Positions 22,929-36,520 of a stretch of DNA of 64,000 nt are shown here, in pieces. Each line of letters starts with the position of its first letter. Position 1 is the first letter of the stretch. Source of the stretch: Lama glama (Eukaryota); NCBI GenBank assembly GCA_028534125.1, contig CM052818.1:17300001-17364000 (forward strand), given 5' to 3'. The translations under genes and the position numbers were made by a program. The notes beneath the pieces are model-generated. The model was not told where the DNA came from and made no database searches. It saw only the letters and a list, made by a program, of their open reading frames with translations.

Positions 22929-25900
22929 CTGCGATGCCAAGTTCTCGTGGGTTGCACCCTCGCTCCCCCGCTTCAACCCTGAGCTCGCTTCTCAACCCTT
23001 AAGGCTAGGAGAAATGGGAGCGCGAGAAAGGGAGGTTCATTTGGGTGTGTTTGATGGGAGCCACTTATCTCTTTGAAGACAATAGAAAGGGGATGGGGGA
23101 AGGCGTCGCGGGTGTTTGTGGTGAGGGGTGGGAGGGGAGTTCTTTGCCGGGGTGCTGGGAGAGAAACGTGGGCACCTATTGAAGGACCATCCCTGGCCGG
23201 GCTCCTGGGCCCAGCGGGAAGGGGGCGTTACTAGCGAGAAGGTCACTCTGTGTGGCCGAATGGGGACCTGAGTTCCTGAGAGAGGAGGGCTCTGCAGAAC
23301 CTTTTGTCCGTGCTGTGTGTGCTGCCCCACCTCCTGTCCATTTTCCCTGGTCTGGGGGAGGGAGAGGTTCCAGCCCTCACATTCCTCCAAAGAGTACCCA
23401 GACTGCAGCGACAGTGAGGTGGTACGTCCCGGGACTCACTCAACAGGAGCCTAATTCCGTTTGCCCCACCTCTTCCCTTAATTAAGAAGGTGGGCGGGTA
23501 ATGGAGTAGCCCTCTCTAATGCTTGCCAGACCCTACCGAGTTTGGAGGGGACCTCTGACTACCATCCCCTTTCTCCCATCCCACACACTTCTGCACTTCT
23601 TTTTGGATCAAGTATTTTGGAAAGCTGTTGGGATAAGGGAGGTCCTGCTTCCTCCTTATTTAGTGCTTTAGTGTTTAGTGCTTCCCAAGGAGGGCAGGTG
23701 GGTCAGGGCTGGCTGGTCTAAGCCAGGTGGTCTGCCCGGAGGAGGAGAAGTTAGAGCAAAGAGAAGCTGTTCTCCTCACCCAGAATTCCTTTGTAAAGAG
23801 CAGACTGTCGATATAAGCCTTGGTTAGCAGATTGCTTTTCCAGAATGACCAACAGTGTAAACCCAGGTTGCTGGCATCTTCAGATAAATGCATCTTTCCT
23901 ATTCTCTGAATTGCCAATAAATAAAACATTAACTGTTTTTGTGAGTCTTCCCCTACTCCCAATTTTTCTTCTCCCCCAGTGTAAAGTCCACTGGTTTAAA
24001 AAGCAGGATGAAAGTTGTGGACACTTCCCTCCTTCCCCCTCTTTTGCTTGTAGGGCCCCCTTCCCTTTCAGACTTGGTTCCTCCGCAGACCCTCTGCCCA
24101 GCTGCCCTAGATAATTCCTCTTCCCTAGCAGCTGCTAGCTTTACCGAGATGGCTCCCTTCCCCAGGGACAGGCTTCCCCTACCTGGGAACAGTTCAGGTG
24201 AGATGTGAGAGGCTAGAGCCTAACCCAACTGAAGAGAACAAATCCCCTTGGCACCTCCTTTAGGAGTGGCCAAGACACATCTCACAGCAGGCCCAGGAAT
24301 CTCTTCCCTTCCTTCTCCCAGTTCCCTCTCAAGGACTCACCCCAGTTCAGAGTGGCGAGGATGGGGGCAGGAGCGATGCCCCAAAGGGGGCTTTTTGGCA
24401 GAGAATGACACCGAGGCTAGATCCCCCGAAAAGGGAAGGAGTTGCTGTTGTTCTCATCACTTGCTCACCGTATTCAGGGAGCTTGTTGCTCCCTTTCCCG
24501 GGTGCAGTTCTCACCCACTTCCCTGCCTTTGTGCAAAATTGTGTGAGTCCCGGGGGAGGGAGGCGAGCCGGGGCGCAGGAGGGGCAGACAGAGCGTGGGT
24601 GGGTGCGGTGAGCCAGATGGGGGCATGCGAGGGGGTGGGGCGCCTAATTGTACAGGTGGGAAGCGCTTGGCTAATCTCATATGCATATTAACTTCTCCTT
24701 TCCTGTGGCTCTGCCTCTCTCCCGAGGGACGGGGCTGGGAAAGGGGAGAGAGCGCCGGGGGAGGCAGAGACAGGAGACCAGGGGGGCCCTGCCGCAGAGA
24801 GGGCACTCCCTCTGTCCTCTTCCCTCTGCAGCTTCTACCCCAGTCAGGCGCCGTCTGCTGGTCTCCACAAACACATTTCCTTCACTCCAGAATATAGTGA
24901 TTGTCTCGGTGCGGGAAGGAAAAACCAGGCGTATCTATTGCTGCAAAAAGAGAAAGGCTAGATGGATAGTGGGGAAAATTGTGAGCAGCGGTTGGTGTTA
25001 TTCTTTGGGGTCAGAAAACATTCTCTTTCCTTCGAAGGTTCTATTGTATGATCATATATGTTTGTTATTGAAACTCTCCCCACCTTCCTCACACACACTT
25101 TTGGAGGAAGCTTTCTGATTCTTTTTCTTTTTTTCTTTTATCAGAGTAGGAAGCTTACCTGTCAGTAGCCAACCTCCACCATATAAAAGCCGTTGTGAAT
25201 TTTTCATACCTCGTGTCTTCCCCCCTTGAAAAGAGGGAATGAACTCTGGCTAGAGAACAACCAAGGAACATTCAGGATAAAATAAGCCTCTGAGGGTAGG
25301 GGCTGGAGAGATGTGAGTGAGGTGGGGATGCAGAGGGGCTGAGAGCGGGGCAGGCAGGGCGATGGCTTCAAAGAAACCTAATAAGAAAGAGGTGATGTTG
25401 AATTTGTTGGGTCAGTAAACTCCCTGAATATTCAGCTAATTAGACAAAGCGCCCACAAGGAAATAATCTTTGAGCCTCATAGATGAGGGTGAAGGGAAAA
25501 CCACAAAGGTGAATGACAATATGATAAATTCCTGCTGAAAATCAAGGCAGGTGTAAATGAGGTTTGGTTCCAAATTTGAGACTATGGCCAAAATACATAT
25601 ATAGATGAACCCATTGAGCTACCCTTTTTGTAATAGGATTTCTTGTAATCATAAGACATTTTTCTCAGAATAGGGAAAGCATGTATATGCTTGAAAGTGT
25701 AAAAGAAAAATCATGTGTGCTGTATTTTAGGAAACAAAATTAAGTCTATCCTCTCTGTTTTGAAAACTGCTAGGTTGACTATCCAGGTTCATTCTTCTTC
25801 ATTTTCTCATCATGCCATGCTTCATTTGCACTATTATGAGGTGTCACTTACAAGGATTGCAGGGTGCTGAAAGCACTCATGGCTACCCTGAGTATCTTTG

Positions 25901-27869
25901 TGCAAGCTGACCCAGTTGCAAAGATTATGAGGAGGATTTTTTTTTAATGCATATGAGAAGCAGGTTTTGAGATCACTGCAGGTTCCCATTTTATTTTGCA
26001 TGTACTTAAAAATATAAGTGATGAAAATACCTCCATAGAAAAACTATATTTTCCTACTAAATAAGCAGAGAACTGTGTGACTGTAAATGATAAAAAGCAA
26101 GCCTGCCTGTGATTAAGCCTGCTACTGAAAGCTAGCAAGAGTTCAGAATAGACCAGTGTGTTCAGTTGGTGCTGCTTCAGTGATGTACCATATGTGCCAA
26201 GCGTAGCGATGTCAGTGCAAAGCTCTGGTTTCCATCTTTCCTCCCGGCTCTCCTAAGTACCTCTGCATACTTTCAGAAATTAGCTTAGAGCCTCTCAATA
26301 ACTTCAGGAGATAAAGGAAGGAGAAAACTATCATAGGAATGAGCACACCAGTGCCAGCCATTCTCCTCTCACAAAGATGAGCTCCGGAAATTATGCTGCC
26401 ATGATTAGCTTATACTATTAAAGGGCAAAAGGGCTTTCCCAGAAGGGAACGCTAACAGATTTTAAAAGTGTGGTCTGTAATTGAAGTAGCCCAAGGCTTT
26501 TATGTAAGGCCAATAATTATCTCTTAAATTGATAACGTTTCTCTTTCTGAGGCACTCTCATACACAAGTAAACTTTTAAAAGTAGTGGGGGCTTTTAGAA
26601 GGAGTGTGGATACCCTTTTCCTTGCAGGAATATTGAGGCAGACCATAGAGGCACCAGAAAATGGACCCAAATCTCTAGTCAGGGTCAGAGAGAAATTAGA
26701 ATCAACCCTGCATGGCTCAGAGCAATTCTGTGAGCTCAAAGGTTTTGAAACTTGAACTGAGAGGGTCCTCTTTGTTTTTTAATGGATGATCTCTGGGAGC
26801 AGAAGTCATTACAAGGACTAGGGCCTCCCCCTTTTTGCTTCCGGCGTGTATTAACAGTGGTGAATACTGTAAGAGAGGCTGATGGCACCTCGCTGGTGTC
26901 CCACGGGTCACTTCATTGATTCTGAGGAGGTTTTTGTTTTTCTTTTGTTCTTCTCACAAGCAGGAGGTTGCTGTTTGATAGTGTGATTTCTTTGCTCTTT
27001 TGTCCAGCAACCAAGAGGGTTAGTGACACCTTTCAAAACATACTTTACTGTGTCAAAGAGAAATTTAGCTTTTCTGGTAATTAATTCATAGATGTGACCC
27101 AGAAGACTTTTGGCTATGAATATTCTACTGAAGTAGATGTTCCTGCCCCACACCTCTTCTTTACTTTGGCTTCTTGGATAAAAATGTATATCACTGCAAT
27201 ATTTTAGACAAGATGGTCAGCTAATATTCCTGGAAGAATCTTTGAGTTAATTATGGTCCAAGTAATCCAAGACTCTAGGATCTTGTTTGCCCCCAACTTC
27301 AATATATTTATTTCTTAGGTTGTCCATTCATTTATTTGGTAAGTATATTAGTATTGTAATATGTGCATGTTTTTGTGTTTGTGCACCGGATTACATGAAA
27401 GGCTAGATAATAAAGAGGTAATGAGAGCAGAGGTGAGAGAGGAGCAACTAATATACCCGAGGGATCACCATCAAAGACTTTTGCAGGTTAGTTGTAAAAA
27501 TCCAAACTATTGTTAGAATTAATTTTTAAACAAACGGGCAAAACCTGCCCTTTAAAAAACACGTAGGCTCCGTACAGAAATGCAAGAAACATAAAGTTCA
27601 TGTATATGTAGCTGTCATCTAGGACTCAGCATGAAATGATCTGATAAAAATATCAACATAGTGAGTTTTAGTTACATCACTTTATATTGTCCTGTAATAT
27701 TAATGTTTTAGAAAGAGCTCCTTGCACAATTGCTTCCCACCAAGTTGCTGCATATACGTCCTCTAACAAACCGTAGTGTTTTATTTTTCAAATAGAGATA
27801 AGGCTTATTTTTCAAATGTAATTAAGACAGAGTATTCGCTGATTTAAAATTACACTAGGGGATAAATAA

Positions 27870-28090
27870 TTGAGGCAGCTCGGTCTGGTGAAGATAATTC
27901 TTAAAAACACATCTCTGTGAAAATTTGGCCACTGCCACTTATTAGCATTGTGTAAATTTACTAAGATCCTTATTAAGATTATTTCTCAGTCTATAAAATG
28001 AAAACACAATGAGTTACATCTCAGTGAAGAATAAATGAGACCATGAGTTTGATAAACCCAGATGACAATACACCCCCAATAAATGTTTAA
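27870..28090 (+). mobile_element. Degenerate MIR
   Basis: ctgccacttattagc...tctataaaatg...gtgaagaataaatgaga...caataaatgtt. Confidence 0.55.
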
Positions 28091-28095
28091 AAGAA

Positions 28096-28814
28096 GACAT
28101 TTAGGTTGTTCCCACATCTTTGCTGTTGTGAAGAATGCTACAATAAGCATGGGTGTGCTAATATATCTTCAAAATCCTGATTTCAGTTCTTTTGGATAAA
28201 TACATGGACATGGCATTGCTGGGGTCATATGGCAGTTCTATTTTTAATTTTTTTAGCGACTCCCATGTTATTTTCCACAGTGGCTACACCATTTTGCATT
28301 CCTACCAATAGTGTATAAGGTTCCAATTTCTTCACTTCATTAAAACATGTCTTTAATAAAAGCCATTCTAATAAGTATGAAGTGATATCTCATTGTGGTT
28401 TTGATTGAATATATAAAGAAAATGTGGAACATACATACAATGGAGTATTATTCAACTTTAAAAAAGAAGGATATTTGACAATATGTGATAACATGAGTGA
28501 ACGTTGAGGACATTTCTGAGTGAAATAAGCCAGTCACAGAAAGACAAGTACTGCATGATTCCAGTTATACAAGGTATTTAAAATAGTCAGATTTATAGAA
28601 TCAGAGAGGGACATGGTGGTTGACAGGGGCTGGAGAAAAGAAATGGAAATTGCTAATTAACAGGCATACAGTGTCAATTATACAGGATAAGTAAGTTCTA
28701 CAGATCTGTCATGCAGCATTGTGCCTATAGTTAACAATACTGTGTTGCACACTAAAAATTTTGCTAAGACGGTAGACCTCACGTCAAGTGTTCTTACTAT
28801 GATTAAAAAAAAAA
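28096..28814 (+). mobile_element. 5'-inverted (twin-primed) L1M element, L1MA9-L1MB-like: 28096-28406 inverted, 28407-28814 sense with poly(A)
   Basis: The first part is the reverse complement of the L1 ORF2 end; the second part (aaagaaaatgtgg...gaaataagccagtcacagaaagacaa...tatagttaacaatactgt...poly A) is the sense 3' end; degenerate TSD present. Confidence 0.85.
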
Positions 28815-31800
28815 GATTTAAAAAAATTAGAAGAGATTCCAGAGAGAAACACATATAGTGGCCGAAAGCAGACCTTGAAATCAGGAGACCCTAGTTCTAG
28901 TTCTGATTTAGCCAGTGGTTAACTGTGTGACTTCTGGAATTTGGTTATGGCTTTGAACATCAGTTCTCTTCTTGCTCCAAAGTTTGTGAAGCACATTTCT
29001 CTCATTTTATAGATACGAAAACAGAGCTCTGAATAAGTGACCTGGACTCATAGAGTCCCCACAAATTAGTAGTGGGGTTGGAAGCAGGACCCATATCTTC
29101 TGACCCATCTCCCTTCTCATTCAGATACTCTTCTCAGAAGCCTAGGCTTCAGCAGTGGGCAGTGGCTGCCCTGGTTTATCCAGTTTCCCCTCAACACTGT
29201 GTACCCTAAGGCAGTTCTTTTTAGGTGATCAACTAGGATTAGAACCTTGGTCTATGAGAAGCGAATGCAGCAATTGAACTTGGTTCACATAGAGGAAGCC
29301 ACCTTTGCTCTGCCTTTATTAGTCACCATAGTCAGCTGTCAGTGTCTCATTTACACTACATGGCGTGCCTCTTTTCAATGAAAGGCACAATTGAGGTATA
29401 AAGTATCTCGATAATAGTGTTGAACATGCCTTTTTATATTGTTTTGTCATTCATGTGCTTTTTTTTTTTTTAAATTGGACTAACATCATTTCCAACTTTG
29501 AGTTCTAAGATTCCTTTGGCAATAGGGCCTCTTAAAATCCTCGTACTCTTATTGTCCTTTCCAGAGCCTTACTGATTCTAAACATACCGTAACTGGAGAT
29601 ATTTTTGCAAAGATTGTATTCAGGTTCCTGAAGCCATCCAGTTGTTCTCATCATTAGGGAGAGGTGGCTTCCTCAGGTGGACAAGGACCATGGTGTGGGA
29701 GTCAGGCTCAGGGTGCTTGCCTAGTACTTGTCTCTCCAATGAGGTCCTCAGGCATGTCTCTTAGAAAAGCTCCTGCTTCGTTTTCTTGGTCTTTTTCCTA
29801 GTTTTTCCTGATCTGTGTAGGCTGTAGAGTATTTCTCCACACTGAAATTGGTAATAGCCTTTTAAAATATTCCATTCTCTGACAAAATGCAAGATTTTTT
29901 TCTTTCAGTGTTGATCATATAACAATGAATTCCCTCAAGCCTTTGACAAAACTTAGGAAAAACAGCTGTATTTTAAGTATATATTTGCACAGAGTCCTTA
30001 TGTAAAGTGTCTCATTTAATCATCATCATAACCCTGGCAGGGCTTATGATCACCACTTTGCTGACAGGGAAACAGATTTAGAGAGGCGATGATGTCTGCC
30101 AGGGTCGCTTCATTAATAAATAGCCACAGTACTTTTGCTTTCTCACCACAATGTCAGAGGGGGGATTTTGAAAAGAATATGGCATTGAATTTAGAAGACC
30201 TGATTTTGTCCCAGTGTCCTCATTTTACAATTCCCGTCTTCAAAAAAGCAACAAAAAATTGTTTCCTCATTAGGAATAACATTAGCCCCCCAAAAGGTAG
30301 CTAATTCATATAGTCATTAAGAATTGCAAGTGAATATGGATTTGAAATTCATACCTCCATTCTGGTGGAAGACATTGTAGTTAGTATTACACTTCGATGT
30401 TTAGCTAAAAAGTAAGTAGTAAGGTGGGGATGGATTAAATAATGAGGGCCATTATCAAATTCAGCTTAGAGCATTATACTCAGGCAGTGGTAGTAATGTA
30501 ATTGGTCAAATAATAATTATAACCAAATATTTTATGACTAAAAAATGGTGATTCTTGGACAAACTCTCTCTTAATCACCAAATATACAGGCAGCGAAGAA
30601 AAACCTGTTGTGTCTATTATAGGAACTTAATATCTATGATCTTTGTGAATGGGAACTGAGGTGGTGTAGAAAGGTGTTTCTGCAGTGCTCAATAAAGATA
30701 CAAGTGGTTATGTACATCTTAGATTTTACATGAAGCTCCTATGAATCTTGTAGACATTTTAATCAAAATATCAGACTTTTTTTGGCTATGGGACCTCCAA
30801 GTTAAATGTATTATATAATGTGACCCATGGTTTTTACAAGCCAGGTTATGGACTTATATGTTCATGTACACATTTGATTTTTTTTCCATTTGACTAAATT
30901 GATGAGAAAAATATTATGATATGCCTGAAAAAATATCAATGAGAAAGAAAGTAAATGGTAAGGGAATGATTTTTAATGTGTGATAAAACAGAAGACAGTG
31001 ACATTTACTGACTTGGACATCACTTCTGCACAGTTTTGATTATCTGGGTTGCCATTGGACTAACGTCGGTACATGTAATTATTTATGTGGTTCAGGCTAT
31101 TAGTTACCATCTGGTCATCATGACTGCAGGATTCAGAGCTGCTAAAGAAAGAGAAATGGTATTTTTGATGCTCCTTAAAGCTGAGGTGATTTTGGTTTCT
31201 GGGATCTCCAGTTTTATATTAAGATTGAATTACCTGAAGTGTGGATAGTTCCACAGCATAAAGCACATTGCTGTGAGTTATTGTGATGCTGTTCTAAAAA
31301 GCATATGTACATTTAGGGCAAATGTGGAAGCTCACTGTCTTGGTCCTTTTATACTGTCCAATTAGCACTTTTATTTGGGCAAACAGCAGGGCATTTTAAA
31401 GAAATGTGTAGTTTTCCTGATGAACTTCCCCTTCACATTTTTCAAGATAAATGCTCTACTTCACATCTACGTCATTTTGTATGTAGTTATCCTTTTCAGT
31501 TATCAAGTACATTATAAGCCAGTATAGAGAAATAATAACAGAGCATGACTGGTTTAAATACCTGTGGAAATTTTTGCCTAACAGGTGTATTCTACAAATT
31601 AAAATTTTTATTTATTTTACAGGGCATTATTTAATAGTCTACTTATTTTATATTTCTTACTGATTTCTGAAAATCTTGTCGTATTAGGCTATGCATACAT
31701 ACTCATTGTAAATTGGTCACTTTCTACATTACATCTTTCCAAAGTTGAAATAACAAAACATTTTTCAGCACTCTAGTCTACACTTCCTTGAAGTCCACAC

Positions 31801-32444
31801 TTTTAACATTTTCAAAATTGCAATGTGCTGTATCAGTCATTTTTTTGTCTACTGTCAAAGTATTAACATATGCTGGAATAAGATGAATAATAAATGAATC
31901 TCTGTCAGCAAAGTGGTTAACTGGACATGCTGTTGTATATGCAAATAATGTGTTTGGTTTCCCCACTCATTGTTTTCCTTGGGACTTGTCCTAAGTGAGA
32001 TAATAGAGTTTTTGATGCTTCTATAGACAGTTTATCAGACAGTAATCAAAAGTAGAACACTGCCGATAGGTTTCTGATAAATATCTTTATACAGAAGCCT
32101 TGTGTTTTAGTAGAAACACAAGGTATTGATTGTCTGGTTGCCTTTGTAATGACTAAAATACATAACCCCATTCTATTTGTACTTGACAGGAATAAAACTT
32201 TTGCCTCAGTAATCTTACGTTAAAACAGCAAAACTTCATTTTTACTTTTCAATAAAATAAATAAAAATTGTAATCATCTTTACCCAAGTAGTTAATTCAA
32301 CTCTTGGCTTATAGCGAAGAAGTAAGTGACTTAAATATTTCAGGAGTATTTCGCTATCCGAATTCTCCCCAGTAAAATGGCTGTGCAGAAGAAGAACTAG
32401 GGTTATGGAAAGTGGTGGCAAATGGCCAATTACATCATTTATTT

Positions 32445-32680
32445 ATTTCAGCCATCACTCAGTACTTATCATATCACAGGTACTATTCTAAGCCCTTAAC
32501 AAAATACCAACTCATTCAACCTGTGAGGTAGGTAATATTAATTTCCCATTCCACATGTGAGGATATTAAGGCACAGCAAGTTTAAGAGATGACAGAGTTA
32601 CAAAACTAAAGTTGTGGGGCCTGAATTTAAACTAAAGAAGGTTCACTCTGAAGTCTATGCTCTTAACCCCTGTGTTATGC
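32445..32680 (-). mobile_element. MIR
   Basis: caacctgtgaggtaggtaatattaatttcccattccacatgtgaggatattaaggcacag...tgctcttaacc. Confidence 0.75.
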
Positions 32681-35433
32681 CACCGACACACATAATTTCT
32701 CCTGACTGAGCATTTTGTTTTCTCCTGCAGCTTTTATCACCAGTGGTACATAAAGGGACCAACCATGGATGACTATCTGGACTTGCTTTGTTTAATTGTG
32801 CAAGTCATTTCACTGAAGGTTTAGTGCCTTATCCTTATCTTCCAATTTGTTTTGAAGTATCCTGCTTTTTAACTGCACGGGGCATCAGGAGGCCTCCCTG
32901 TGGCTGCCTTCCTCATCACTGTATTTGTTTTGACTGATTTATTCATCTTGATACCCACTACCATATCAAGAGTGCAGGAATGATTGATTTAAGATGCTTA
33001 TTAATGTTTATTAATTTTTTTCATTCTAGCTGGCAAATACATTCCCTGCTAAATTGATAGATCTGCTGTGATAATAGACTAATTTGCAAGTGCAGCCATG
33101 ATTTACAATTAAAAGGAAACAGTTGCAATGTATCTGATTATGTGATTATATTCTCATGAGATGAAAGGAATCCCTCTGTAAATAGTTAATAAAATTGTAT
33201 AGTTCTGAAAGCAGAGTATAGAGAAATGACTGACAAAGAATAAACTACTTCAGGTATTTACCCTGAGTTTAATTATGGTTTCTTCACTATAAAACCTTTA
33301 AGATTCAAAAAATTTAATGTTTTGGTTATATGTGCATGATATTATATGACTACATAAAGAATTTGAGCATTTTCCCCCACTCATTTCTATTCAGACTCTA
33401 AGTTAAGGCATCATTCAGAAAGGATGGCAGGTGCTTTGAAGTTTGAGTTTCTTGGCTACATTTTTCTTAAAGATTCTTTTGTTTCTCCAATTTAATATCA
33501 GAATTTTCATTCCAGTTTAATTACTGGCATTGCATTCACTCCACTTATGCTAACACCTCGTGACTTCTAGGAATTCCCTAGCGAGATGAAGGATTACTCT
33601 TTTAGATCTCTTTGTCTCCACCAACTAACTTACTCGGGCAAGTTTCTCAGCCTCTCTGAGCCTTATTTTCTTCAAGATTAAAATAGGACCTATGATCTCT
33701 ACTCTGTAGGGTTGTTGTGAAGACCAGATGTTTGATGTAACCATCTGCCCCAAGGCCTGATAAATGGCTGCTCTCTCCAGTAGATTAATCTCTCTGCAAC
33801 ACTAGGTCCTCTTTGCTGTGGACTCAATTAAGGAAAAACAAAAAAAACAAAAAACAGGAAGGACTGAGGTTAGTTATAAAAACGACTATCGTCAGAGTCT
33901 TTTGAAACAGACTGTCTTCTTATCCTACTAGACTGTTGGTAGATTCCTTAAGTAAAGACAAGGAGTTGAAGTTGAGATCCTTTCCTGGCATTTGACTAAT
34001 CCAAAAAAGGGTGACAGAGATATTCACAAGAGGGTATTTTGCAAAAAACCAACAATTTTTATGCCCTCTGTCCCTGTGGGAGTTACACCAGGAAACCAGC
34101 ATCAGAGCTTAACTGCCAAGTGCATCTTAGTGTTGGACATTTGTATTGTTAGCTTAAAAAAATTCTTTTAAAATTTACATTTAGCACTCCTTAAGATACG
34201 GTAAGGAGGAGAAGGCACGGATGATAAGGGGAGATTTAGGAAAATGATTCCACCTTTTTTTTGCCAGTCAGCCTCCAAAACTGGCAGCCAACCCAAAGCC
34301 ATCTTTACTGGCAGAAAGAGGTTTAGGTAAAAGAAACAGTATTTCCTGGCCCAGAATCACCATGTCACTTCTTTTACTGTGGCCACTTGGCTGCTGATAC
34401 CAGAGCCAAATGCTCAGAATCTAGCATTTAAACAGAACACCAGCATCTCAGAATACCTAATCAAATAAAAATGTTCAGTAACTGTTCTTGAATCACCTGT
34501 TTTTAAAAGATAGCTAGCCCATTTCTTAAAATAAGTGAATGTTTAACAAGAACTTAATATCCATGCTTGATTTTCTCCCCCTTCTTTCTTAAAAGAGGCT
34601 CTCTTGGGGATTGTGTAGTCAGCAACATTTCACAAGAGTTTGAAGCAAAATTCTTTCAGGCATGTGATCGCTTGGGATGAGGTAGACCTTGAGATACTCT
34701 CTACAGGGTGAGCCATCACTTCCACACCCCAGCGTGAAGAAATGCTTTGAGGTGATATCAACAGTCAGGAAGCCTTAGCATCGGAGTATGAAGTCAACGC
34801 AAGATGTGTTTAAGACAAGCAGCTAATGAGATGAGTTGGCTTTGTTGCCTCTCCCCGCAAGGGGTCCTTAGTGAGATACGTGCCAGCAACACGTTTCATC
34901 TCTGCAGCTGCGTAGCTTGAGTTTCCCCCTAAATGAAGGTGATCCTGTAGGTGACAGATAATGCTGAGGAGTGTTCTTGGAGAAAGCCTTGCCCGGCCCC
35001 TCCAGGGAACGTGAGTCTCGGTCTCCCCTCAGGCCTTCGTGCACTCTGGTGTTTTGGGTAATCTGGAGGCTCTTCATGTGGAGTGCCTGCCATCCAGAAA
35101 AAGGACCTTCAGAGGACATGCCTTGGCAGTCTGTGCTATGTGTGCTGTCGGTGTTTAGAAGTCAGAGAAACCGTTGCCAGCAAGGGAGTCAGAAAAGCTC
35201 CATAAGGGAAGTAAGCCTTTAGAGAAACTTTGAAAGATGGGTATGTGGTGAGTAGGGAGGAAGGCATTCTTAACCAGAGCAAATAGCATAAGCAGGAAAC
35301 GTCACCTTCACTGCCCATGTGCTTTTACTCCACCTGTGCCTTTCTTTTTTTATTTTTTAAATGGTGCAGTGATTGGAAATTCAGTGTTTCTTGGTCATTC
35401 CAGACAATTGGGTCTGACCACCAAATGAATGGC

Positions 35434-35460
35434 TGTGTGTGTGTGTGTGTGTGTGTGTGT
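35434..35460. repeat. (TG)13 microsatellite, followed by ACACAC
   Basis: Read directly. Confidence 0.97.
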
Positions 35461-36339
35461 ACACACGGGCATGTGCATGAGTTCTTAGACATGCACCCAT
35501 CAAACAGTATAAATATTTTCTTTTCCAGCCTTGGGGAAAGAGCACAGAAGAGATCTCATTCTTCACTTAGCTATAAAACACAGTGCTGTGCTCACTGGAC
35601 ACTGGCTTGGAGCTGCCAGAGAGGAGCATATTCTAGAGTGAAGGACAGACACATAGAGAGACCAAGAGCTCCCCAGGAGCAGGGCAGTGCTCCATTCTTC
35701 TTTTGCCTTCAGGATGCCCTGATACCCTTGCTGTTAGAAGTCCTGCTTCTGGAAAGAGAACATGATAAAGGAGAGAGATGTCGGGAGCTGACTTTCTGTT
35801 TTTATATAATTCCTTTCATTCCGCCTCCTCATTCACAATGTGCAGATATTTAGGTTATTACCAAAATGTGGGTGTTTGTACACTCTCTGCTGGCCAATCA
35901 GTGTTCTGGCAAGTGCCAAGAATGCAGAGACCAGTCAGTCAGCAAGTGCTTATGAGAGTGCCTGCTGCTTGGGGGGGACATTGTCTTGCTGTCTCCAAAG
36001 GACAGAGCCTGAAAGTGGTGTCAAACCCGTCCTGCTGCCTCAGGCTTTAAAACTCAATGTGTGTGCCTCGTGTTCTCACGAACACTTCAGGGAGGTCTTC
36101 CAAGTGTCCTAGAGTTGCCAGTCCGAGAGGTGAGAGCCATCTCTTTCATTCCACTGCTGCTTTACAGACATGTCTGCCTACCCATCAGATGGGCTGGACC
36201 AGTACAAAGCTTCCTTCATTACAGATTTCTATAGGAAACCGACAAGTGTCCTGTTGGTAGCTGGGGAGACGTTTGATTACATTTCCATTTTCACATTTGT
36301 AGAGCTCTTAACGTTAAAAAATGGTTTCTCATGTTTTAT

Positions 36340-36520
36340 CCTGCGTGATACCCACAATAAACCTATAAGTTAGGCATGGCAGGTTTCACCCCATTTTGCA
36401 GGTGGGGAGACGATGTGGTTCGGTCACTTTAAGTGGCCTGACTTAGTCACGTGTTTTTGAATGGCAGAGCCAGGACTTACACACAGTGTGCTGATTCCCG
36501 GAGTCCATTGCTGCTGCTCC
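36340..36520 (-). mobile_element. MIR
   Basis: ccccattttgcaggtggggagac...gaatggcagagccaggactt. Confidence 0.65.

Larger units (their letters stand above)
21600..23450 (+). promoter_or_regulatory. NRXN1: CpG island / NRXN1-beta internal promoter and 5' leader
   Basis: Sharp rise in GC and CpG content against AT-rich, CpG-poor flanks; surrounds the beta start codon; octamer ATTTGCAT at 21795-21802. The TSS cannot be determined from sequence. Confidence 0.85.

Noticed and set aside
22331..23002. 223-aa ORF as a complete gene
   Set aside because: It starts at TTG and reads through the splice donor; only 22661-22922 matches NRXN1-beta.
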